A stretch of DNA of 35,232 nucleotides from Candidatus Gottesmanbacteria bacterium RIFCSPHIGHO2_02_FULL_39_11 (lineage in GTDB: Bacteria > Patescibacteriota > Microgenomatia > 2-02-FULL-39-11): the NCBI GenBank assembly GCA_001779195.1, contig MFJL01000044.1, forward strand, positions 19,199-54,430, written 5' to 3'. Under the pieces are notes generated by a model that saw only the letters and a list, made by a program, of their open reading frames with translations, did not search any database and was not told the DNA's origin. Both the position numbers and the translations under genes were made by a program. Position 1 is the stretch's first letter; every line of letters starts with the position of its first letter. Below, piece by piece: positions 19,007 to 25,740 of this stretch.

Positions 19007-20304
19007 ATCATATTTCTATGAATATTTTTCAGAAGTATATGAGTCAAAACCTTCTTTTCTTTCTGCCAAACAAAAAAAGAAGCGGCAGTAAAATATAACA
19101 AACTGACGAAAATATTTATCCAAATTATCTCCCTGATGGAATTGTGAATAAAGAAGATAAATACACTTTGGAGAAGTGAAATTAAAAAAAGAAAATATAT
19201 AGGTTTACCGGAAGAGATAGAAAGAAGAAAATAGGTGAGAATTGAATTAACCGAGAGCAAAGTTATAAAAAAAGAAAATATACCCATATAAGGAATTGCA
19301 CCGGCATATCTTCCGCCGTAAAGAATCGACAGTATGAGTCCCGGAAACAGAAAATAGGTGAATATTAAGAGGGATGAAATTCCCAAAGCGAATACTAATG
19401 TGCCCAAAAGGGGCATGATATAGGGTGTACCGTTACCGGCTCTTCCGGATACCAAAGGAAACATTACGCTTATAATCGGGCCAATAAGATAGTATATAAT
19501 CTTGCCGACAGTAGACAAAGCAACATATTCGCCGGCAACATCCGGAGCAAAAAAATGCTTCACCAAAATAATATCAGAGGTAAAAAATAGGGTTATGGTA
19601 AGACTCGTCAACAGCACCGGCAACGCAGTCTTCCAATTTAGCCATTTCGGCGCCTTTACGTTCTCTTCTGATGCATATTTGCTGAATAAAATACGAAGCT
19701 CGAGAACAGTAAGCAGATACCCTCCTACAGCCCCTATCAAAGTACCCATCATGGCTCCGACCAGTCCAAAATTCAATATGACCAAAAGTATTGACACAAT
19801 CAGTTTGAGTATTACCTCTACAATACTGTTTGCCGAAAGGTATGAAAACGACAGGGTACCCTGAAGAGTGGCGCGATTAAGAGTTGCAGAAAAACTTAAC
19901 ACGAAGATTAAAGAAATAATGATAAGAGGAAGTGCATTTTCCAACTGGAGAAAAATACTCAGCTTTCCGGCAAATAATATAGTTATTGCTGTCAGAAAAA
20001 TACCCAAGAGAAAAAGTCTCGGGGTTAAATCATGCAGTAAGAGCTTTACGACACCGGTCTTTCTCCCCCCCCAATAGAAAGAGATCGTCTTGACCATCAG
20101 CAACTGAAAAACAGAAAGAGGTATGGAAAAAATAGCTAAAATGGAAAGCGTTGCCCCCAAGTCTCCAAATGCATGCGGAGTAAGCATTCTCCCCATAAAA
20201 AGACTATAGAGGAAATTACCAAAATTTGCCGTGTTGTTGGCTATAAATACAAATAGGCTTCCTCGCACCAACCTACTTTGCGACATGCGTCTGAATATTG
20301 ACAT
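19003..20304 (-). CDS. Wzx-type oligosaccharide flippase
   Basis: About 12 TM helices; GRMLTPHAFG, LQG, DIILVKHFF..AGEY signatures; heads the glycan operon. Confidence 0.85.
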   Translation of the reverse strand: MSIFRRMSQSRLVRGSLFVFIANNTANFGNFLYSLFMGRMLTPHAFGDLGATLSILAIFSIPLSVFQLLMVKTISFYWGGRKTGVVKLLLHDLTPRLFLLGIFLTAITILFAGKLSIFLQLENALPLIIISLIFVLSFSATLNRATLQGTLSFSYLSANSIVEVILKLIVSILLVILNFGLVGAMMGTLIGAVGGYLLTVLELRILFSKYASEENVKAPKWLNWKTALPVLLTSLTITLFFTSDIILVKHFFAPDVAGEYVALSTVGKIIYYLIGPIISVMFPLVSGRAGNGTPYIMPLLGTLVFALGISSLLIFTYFLFPGLILSILYGGRYAGAIPYMGIFSFFITLLSVNSILTYFLLSISSGKPIYFLFLISLLQSVFIFFIHNSIREIIWINIFVSLLYFTAASFFVWQKEKKVLTHILLKNIHRNMI

Positions 20305-20314
20305 AACAGACTTT

Positions 20315-20320
20315 ATTATA
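20315..20320 (-). promoter_or_regulatory. Putative sigma70 -10 box of the flippase operon
   Basis: TATAAT on the minus strand, 10 nt upstream of ATG 20304. Confidence 0.5.
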
Positions 20321-20364
20321 AAGGGCCAGGTGAAGTTTTGTTAAGTGAGGTTTTTACCTTTCTA

Positions 20365-21069
20365 TTACTTTTTGAAAAATATCGAAAGGATGTTTTGCCA
20401 CAGATTCGTTTTCTTAACCGGTTGTGTTACTGGTGATGGTATAGCCGTGGGTTGAATCTCCTGAGGAGGAGGCTCATATGCCACAGCAACTGTATTTTCC
20501 TGCTGATTGGCATCCCCCAACCGCGGTTCTATATCCACACCCATTACTTCGGCTTCTACAACCGGTTTTCTTACAGGTACTACGTTATACGAGAGACCCA
20601 AAACAGAATTATTGGCGCTATACCCTACACCTCCCGGTCTTCCCGACCATTCCTGAGATAATGCTCCTGCTGCACAACCCTTTAAGGCTTGAACTGCGAA
20701 ATAAAAGGTTTTATTAGGTAAATAGCCTACGGTAAAATTTCCTGTATCCCCGATATTTACAGCTGAATAGATATAGTTTTTAGGTGTTAGCCCATAGTAA
20801 ATATTATACCCCGTGGCTCCCGGAACTTTATGCCAGTATAAGACGACTTCACCGTTTTTAGCTTTTTTAGGCAAAACCGGATGATTTGGCTGCAGAAGAA
20901 TAGGCGCTTTATCCGGCTGTGAATCAGTGCACTTAGGCGGCCCCTGATTGGAAAAATCAACTTGCGGACTCCATCCGTATGATTCAGCTTTTACATCCCC
21001 GGCAAACATAGATACGACTGCAATAAACAATAAAACTACAATACTGAAATTCTTGGCTTTGTTTTTCAT
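20365..21069 (-). CDS. Secreted fibronectin type III domain surface protein
   Basis: Signal peptide; VLYW..V.GATGYNIYYG...FTVGYL..TFYFAVQA Fn3 pattern; Pro/Thr-rich linker; amphipathic tail NLWQNILSIFFKK. Confidence 0.75.
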   Translation of the reverse strand: MKNKAKNFSIVVLLFIAVVSMFAGDVKAESYGWSPQVDFSNQGPPKCTDSQPDKAPILLQPNHPVLPKKAKNGEVVLYWHKVPGATGYNIYYGLTPKNYIYSAVNIGDTGNFTVGYLPNKTFYFAVQALKGCAAGALSQEWSGRPGGVGYSANNSVLGLSYNVVPVRKPVVEAEVMGVDIEPRLGDANQQENTVAVAYEPPPQEIQPTAIPSPVTQPVKKTNLWQNILSIFFKK

Positions 21070-21099
21070 AAATTGTATTCAATAATCTTTATTTATTTC

Positions 21100-21129
21100 A
21101 GAATAAAACGTATTGTCATGTCTTGTCAA
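21100..21129 (-). promoter_or_regulatory. Putative sigma70 promoter TTGACA-N18-TATTCT for the Fn3 gene
   Basis: Minus strand TTGACA (21129-21124) and TATTCT (21105-21100). Confidence 0.5.
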
Positions 21130-21155
21130 GGGGCAGACAAGACTAAAAATTAAGC

Positions 21156-21184
21156 TTGACGCAGGTTGTAGGAGCTGATATTCT
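21156..21184 (+). promoter_or_regulatory. Putative sigma70 promoter TTGACG-N17-TATTCT with TG extension
   Basis: TTGACG 21156-21161, 17-nt spacer ending TGA, TATTCT 21179-21184, ATG 10 nt downstream. Confidence 0.6.
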
Positions 21185-21194
21185 TTTCTCTCGT

Positions 21195-21578
21195 ATGAAT
21201 AATTGGTATACATCAAAAGTAATAAAAGGAAACCAAAAAGGGAGAGAAATCGGGTTTCCTACAATAAATTTGGATAATCCTTCCCTGTTAAAAGGAGAGA
21301 AAGAAGGAGTATATCTCGCCCAGGTGCGGGTACGGGATAAAAATCACTGGGGAATGCTCTACTATGGTCCCCGGTTAGTAGTTGATGAAACTCAAACTAC
21401 TTTAGAAATACACTTATTTGAATTTAATGAAGAATTATACGGACAGCAAATTCAGTTTCGGATATATGATTACATCCGGGGAGTTTTGAAGTTTAATTCA
21501 TTTGATGAACTAAAAAACCAACTGGAAAAAGATCAGAGAGAAGCCATAAACTTCATAAAAATGGTAGTAAGCGCCTGA
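21195..21578 (+). CDS. Monofunctional riboflavin kinase (RibF C-terminal domain only)
   Basis: VIKGNQKGREIGFPTINL, GVY, LEIHLFEFNEELYG, YIRG..KF.SFDELKNQLEKD. Start set at ATG 21195; the TTG at 21156 is the -35 box. Confidence 0.9.
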   Translation: MNNWYTSKVIKGNQKGREIGFPTINLDNPSLLKGEKEGVYLAQVRVRDKNHWGMLYYGPRLVVDETQTTLEIHLFEFNEELYGQQIQFRIYDYIRGVLKFNSFDELKNQLEKDQREAINFIKMVVSA

Positions 21579-21631
21579 TACTTCCAATCCTTCTCATATA
21601 TAGCCATTCCTGATAAAATACCATAGCAAGC

Positions 21632-21707
21632 GCCGACGTAGCTCAGTTGGTAGAGCAACGCTTTCGTAAAGCGTGGGTCATCGGTCCGATTCCGATCGTC
21701 GGCTCCA
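21632..21707 (+). tRNA. tRNA-Thr (anticodon CGT)
   Basis: 76 nt cloverleaf: acceptor GCCGACG/CGTCGGC, D arm GCTC-AGTTGGTA-GAGC, anticodon arm ACGCT-TTCGTAA-AGCGT, T arm ATCGG-TCCGATT-CCGAT, encoded CCA; TGATAAAAT extended -10 at 21611-21619. Confidence 0.95.
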
Positions 21708-21832
21708 TATCGGAATTATTTTTCGAAAGAGAGAATTTGTCCCGACTTGTCGACCCTTTTTCAGGTCCGAGCCGACCTTTTTCCTCATTGAACCAACTTT
21801 TGAGAGTAAATGCAAGTGGTTTTGAAAGTGTT

Positions 21833-22669
21833 TTATTTCTTGTTTTCGTCACCTAAAAGCCCCAGATTTTTGGCATTCAGTTTGGAAACAACTTTCTTGC
21901 CTGTCCTTTTCTCAATTTTTCTCCTGGCTGATCCGGCAATGGCTCCGCCTTCTCTGGCTACTCTCTGATTTTCATTGAAATTTTTCGGTTCGTCTTTCTT
22001 GGAAATTTCCGTAGTGGTTGCTTCGGCCAACATATTAAGCACCAATTCCAAATTGGTCATGTTGTCCCGCAAATTTTCTTTCTTTAAACCTTTAAATTGC
22101 TTGTAGTCTTTTGTCCTCATTCCTGCCCAGGCGAAAGTGATGATGTCAGTCAAAATAGCAAACTTACTGTTACCCTTTACTCCGCGAGTTTCCCACTCGT
22201 CAGTCAGTTCTTTTCTGACTTCAATGCTTTTTAGTCTTTGGTTTACCCAATCTTTGGAGTACCCGCGTTTTAAGTAAAAATGCATGGCTCTTTGGATGAC
22301 TTTTTCCGGATCTTCTGCCTCTTCAATTCGTTCATAACCAACCCGGGCAAGCCAAAGTTTAAATGGTTCAGCTTGCGGAGACGGGATTGACTGAATGATA
22401 CGAAGCATTGTTTCGGTGTCTGCCATGTCAGTCAAACGCATTTTTCCATCCGCTGCCAGCATTTTCAAAGCGTTACATTTTGTAACGGTTTCATCTGCTC
22501 CTTCATCTAGCAGTCTTTTTTTAAGCACCCGCCAGTAAACCTGCGGATTTGTACTATCAGAAAGCACAGCAACTATATCAACTACTGAAAACCACCACTT
22601 TTCATTTTCTTGATCCCACTGTCGGCGGATTTTCTTGCCCTCAAAAATTGCGATTTTTGTATCTTTCAT
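21833..22669 (-). CDS. Bro-N domain protein (phage antirepressor-like DNA-binding protein)
   Basis: IAIFEGKKIRRQWD...WWFSVVDIVAVL...YWRVLKKRL...ADGKMRLTD...RIIQSIPSPQAEPFKLWLA; C-terminal KGLKKENLRDNMT.LEL. Confidence 0.85.
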   Translation of the reverse strand: MKDTKIAIFEGKKIRRQWDQENEKWWFSVVDIVAVLSDSTNPQVYWRVLKKRLLDEGADETVTKCNALKMLAADGKMRLTDMADTETMLRIIQSIPSPQAEPFKLWLARVGYERIEEAEDPEKVIQRAMHFYLKRGYSKDWVNQRLKSIEVRKELTDEWETRGVKGNSKFAILTDIITFAWAGMRTKDYKQFKGLKKENLRDNMTNLELVLNMLAEATTTEISKKDEPKNFNENQRVAREGGAIAGSARRKIEKRTGKKVVSKLNAKNLGLLGDENKK

Positions 22670-22807
22670 CCTTATACGTTTGTATCAATTTCAAGCGTAA
22701 AACACAATAGAAAAAGACGACTAAAATTTTTCCGGCAAAACAAAGCGAGGCGACAGCTTCGAGCAATTTGGTACAATGGCTCAAGCATTGTGGGCAGGTA
22801 AAGTGTC

Positions 22808-22838
22808 GGGTCATCGGTCCGATTCCGATCGTCGGCTC
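22808..22838 (+). repeat. Duplicated 3' part of tRNA-Thr (att-like site)
   Basis: Exact 31-bp copy of 21675-21705; degenerate similarity (gtaaagtgtc vs gtaaagcgt) extends back to the anticodon loop; lacks CCA and the 5' half. Confidence 0.9.
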
Positions 22839-23029
22839 TATTTTTTGTCGGCTGCATAGTACTGGGATAAACCGCAGACATCGGTTCTCTGTCCGCAATC
22901 GCTTGTACGCTCAGACGCTTCCAAGCGGGGATTCCTAAAAGGGACTCAAGAGTAGCGTATCAAAAACGGCACCTGAGAATTTTAAAAGATTTATACAAGA
23001 GTAGGTGTGGACTCACTTCCACCCTCCAG

Positions 23030-23332
23030 GTGGAGGTTCTTATAATGAGAAGAACAAAATATTACCGGGTACCGGATGTCGGGAAACCAAATGAGTTGGT
23101 TAAAGACGTCATATACCGGTACATCAGAAATCCCATGTACTTATCCCAAATGCTTTTTTGCGGAGTGCTCATAATTAATTCATTTTCAATATATCGGTTC
23201 GGAGTTTATTTTTTATTCGTAATAAATTTTATTTTTAAAATTCAATACGAAGAAGTATTATTAAATGCGCATTTTAAGGAATTTGCAGCGTACAGAAAGA
23301 CATCCTGGAGGCTGATTCCCTTTATATACTGA
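23030..23332 (+). pseudogene. 5'-truncated isoprenylcysteine carboxyl methyltransferase (ICMT/PEMT) family gene
   Basis: LVKDVIYRYIRNPMY...EE..L..HF.EF..YRK...RLIPFIY C-terminal signature; only 100 aa, with no N-terminal TM helices. Confidence 0.6.
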
Positions 23333-23377
23333 TTAATCCTGCACAAATCTGATCAGTGAAAAGAAATACAGCAAAAA

Positions 23378-24250
23378 CTAAAAAGCGTATTTCTGAAGAA
23401 AAGAGAGGACGTGCTGTTTAAATTCAGCCGGGTGGGCACTGAAAACATCATGCAGGCTGTCTGCTTCCCAATATTCCTTGGGTGAATTTGCCAGTTCATA
23501 CAAATTCTTCGCGTCTTTCCAGTTTAATTCCTCATCTTGTTTTGCTGAAATTAACAAAATGGGAGATTTGATATTTTTAATAACCGTAGAGGGGGAGAAT
23601 CGCTCATAATCTCTTCCCAGTTCTATAAATGCAGCTATTTTCATAAACGGATAAAAGATAGTCGGAGAAAGACCGGCCGCTTTGATCTGAAAATGGAAAA
23701 GGGAGGAAAAATTTGCATACGGAACGGAAGCGATGACAAAATCCCCTTTCCCTGTTTCCCCTGCCGTTGTAAGGGCAGTAGTCCCTCCCATGGAAATGCC
23801 TAAAAAACCTATTTTCTTGCCTTTATTTTCGGAAAGAGATTTTATGTGATCAAAAACAGCTTCAACATCTTTCCATTCCGCAACTCCTAATGTTATTTTG
23901 TTTCCCTTACTCTCTCCGTATGATCGTAAATCCAGTAGTACCGTTGAATACCCAGCGTTGCGGAGATACTCCGCGTGCCCCAGCATTTGAGCTTTACCCC
24001 CCGGATTACTGTATCCGTGAATCAAAATGACAATTGCTTTAGGACCTGTTACCGGAAAATACCAGTAGGCAATTTTTCCTCCGTCGCGGTTAGTGATAAA
24101 AAATGTATTAGCCGTCCAGCCGGCCGGTAACGGTCTTTTATCGCTTGCCGCATGGAGATGAAGTTTTACACGAAGCCGATACCAAATATAGAAAAATAAG
24201 CTGAATAAAAGTAATGAAATAATACTGGCAAGTAAAATCAGAACTTTCAT
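23378..24250 (-). CDS. Membrane-anchored alpha/beta hydrolase
   Basis: N-terminal TM; LIHGY, DLRSYGES, GISMGG nucleophile elbow, AKQD, SLH triad. Start set at ATG 24250, 8 nt after TGG-TATACT. Confidence 0.88.
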   Translation of the reverse strand: MKVLILLASIISLLLFSLFFYIWYRLRVKLHLHAASDKRPLPAGWTANTFFITNRDGGKIAYWYFPVTGPKAIVILIHGYSNPGGKAQMLGHAEYLRNAGYSTVLLDLRSYGESKGNKITLGVAEWKDVEAVFDHIKSLSENKGKKIGFLGISMGGTTALTTAGETGKGDFVIASVPYANFSSLFHFQIKAAGLSPTIFYPFMKIAAFIELGRDYERFSPSTVIKNIKSPILLISAKQDEELNWKDAKNLYELANSPKEYWEADSLHDVFSAHPAEFKQHVLSFLQKYAF

Positions 24251-24359
24251 TAACCTAAAGTATACCAAAATCCGGTAATTTAGATAGATTTCTACGCGTT
24301 AGACTGTTAAACCAGAGGACCCGTCCGAATTTTGAAAGAATAAGTAGTATAATAAAAAC

Positions 24360-25079
24360 ATGCGGCCTACATCTTCTCACAGAATAAAAATTGAGGAAAG
24401 AAAACTGTATAAAAAAGCAGCACTTTTTATAGCTGCGATGATCGGGTTTGGAATTTTTATGATTTTTATCGGAGTTCCTGTATTTGCTCAGGCAATTTTA
24501 TTTATCTCAGGATTTAGAAAAGATAAGACTCCAGTTAATGTATCAGTTTCTGAAAATGCTCTTTTTCCTCCGTCTCTGGATCCCCTGTCTGAGGCAACCA
24601 ATACAGCAACCATCGCTCTTTCAGGATACGGAGAAAAAGACGCCTCCGTTGTTGTTTTCGTAAATGATAAAGAGACTAAAAAAGCACAGACAGACAGTAT
24701 TGGCAAGTTTTTTATTCTGAACCTACCTATTAAAGAAGGGAGTAACATCATAACTGCTAAAAGTATAAAAGATGATAAAGAAAGTTCTCCTTCCTCCTCT
24801 TTTACCGTTTCCTATCTTAATAAGCCTCCGAAGCTTGATATAGACAGTCCGCATGACGGAGATAAATTCTCATCAGAAAAAAAACAGGCTATAGTAAGCG
24901 GGATAACTGATCCGGATAACAGAATTACGGTAAATGACAGAATGGTAGTGGTAAACACCCAGGGTCAATTCAGATTTGCCTATCCCCTGTCAGAGGGAGA
25001 TAATGAGTTGACCATAAAAGCATATGATCCGGCGGGAAATTCAAGTGAAAAAAAGATTAAAGTCATCTATTATCCTTAA
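24360..25079 (+). CDS. Membrane-anchored protein with two bacterial Ig-like domains
   Basis: N-terminal TM; two beta-rich repeats (LSGYGE...EGSNIITAKS.D and VSGITD...EGDNELTIKAYDPAGN); TATAAT 6 nt before the ATG. Confidence 0.7.
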   Translation: MRPTSSHRIKIEERKLYKKAALFIAAMIGFGIFMIFIGVPVFAQAILFISGFRKDKTPVNVSVSENALFPPSLDPLSEATNTATIALSGYGEKDASVVVFVNDKETKKAQTDSIGKFFILNLPIKEGSNIITAKSIKDDKESSPSSSFTVSYLNKPPKLDIDSPHDGDKFSSEKKQAIVSGITDPDNRITVNDRMVVVNTQGQFRFAYPLSEGDNELTIKAYDPAGNSSEKKIKVIYYP

Positions 25080-25086
25080 AAAGGGA

Positions 25087-25590
25087 TTAAACAGGTTTTG
25101 CAATTACAAATCTTCTCTTGCTGTCCAAAAACCCGTCGCATGTATATAGTGTAAGCCTGTCATCATCTACTTTTACCAAAGTAAGGTCTGTAGAGACTAC
25201 ATCCCTGATATCAACAATCCTGTATTTTCTTATCCCCTCTTCTCCGGCAACACTTACGATTTCACCTGTACTCACATTATACAGTTCTGCGAAAAGCCCC
25301 TTTCTGTTATGAGCCCACATTACTATATTTCCTTTATCGCAAAGATTACTACCGGAATTAATATGCCAGGAAACAGCATCATCGTATGTAGTCCAATCAT
25401 TTCCTTTTACCTCTCCTGCTTTAAGTTTTAAGACAACAGAAGTATTTGAAAATGAAATGGTTTGGGGGATATTCAGGTTACAAAGAGGCTCAACAGCCGG
25501 TTTATAGGAATAAATAGAAGTATTGATCCTTAAAAAAAGATAAAAAATAGAGAATAGGATAATAAAAAACGGCAGGATTTTTTTAACCAT
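25087..25590 (-). CDS. Sortase
   Basis: N-terminal TM; GNIVMWAHN (His), LTLYTC (TLxTC Cys), KRRFV (Arg). Start set at ATG 25590; the ATG at 25611 lies in a hairpin. Confidence 0.88.
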   Translation of the reverse strand: MVKKILPFFIILFSIFYLFLRINTSIYSYKPAVEPLCNLNIPQTISFSNTSVVLKLKAGEVKGNDWTTYDDAVSWHINSGSNLCDKGNIVMWAHNRKGLFAELYNVSTGEIVSVAGEEGIRKYRIVDIRDVVSTDLTLVKVDDDRLTLYTCDGFLDSKRRFVIAKPV

Positions 25591-25602
25591 ATATATACTA
25601 AC

Positions 25603-25622
25603 CGGGACCATTACTGGTCCCG
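25603..25622. terminator. GC-rich hairpin CGGGACCA-TTAC-TGGTCCCG between the surface-protein and sortase genes
   Basis: Perfect 8-bp stem with 4-nt loop; weak U-tract, so a terminator role is uncertain. Confidence 0.4.
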
Positions 25623-25639
25623 AGTAACAATGTTATTTT

Positions 25640-25734
25640 ACTTGTCACCCTGAACTTGTTTCAGGGTCTTCATTAAAAAAGTCAGATGCTGAAACCTGCC
25701 TTGTCGGCAGACAGGTAAATTCAGCATGACAAGT
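25640..25734. repeat. REPIN/MITE-like palindromic element with nested palindrome at 25695-25715
   Basis: Terminal IR ACTTGTCA...TGACAAGT; arm 1 CCCTGAA-CTTGT-TTCAGGG; arm 2 TGCTGAA...TTCAGCA, interrupted by CCTGCCTTGTCGGCAGACAGG. Confidence 0.75.
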
Positions 25735-25740
25735 GATGAT

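Larger units (their letters stand above)
21675..22838. mobile_element. tRNA-Thr-integrated genomic islet bounded by 31-bp direct repeats (attL/attR-like); no integrase
   Basis: GGGTCATCGGTCCGATTCCGATCGTCGGCTC at 21675-21705 (tRNA 3' part) and again at 22808-22838; one Bro-N gene lies between. Confidence 0.75.

Noticed and set aside
21643-21856. ORFs 21643-21852 (-) and 21647-21856 (+)
   Set aside because: They overlap the tRNA-Thr gene and show no recognisable protein motifs.
22740-22845. A second complete or intron-containing tRNA
   Set aside because: No 5' acceptor strand (GCCGACG), D arm or CCA is present; only the 3' part is duplicated.
22610-22898. ORFs 22610-22801, 22641-22898 and 22672-22881
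   Set aside because: They overlap Bro-N or the att repeat; the shared peptide EPTIGIGPMT is simply the translated tRNA repeat.
21600-24300. Integrase, transposase or intact prophage near the tRNA
   Set aside because: No ORF with tyrosine/serine recombinase, DDE or phage structural motifs was seen.
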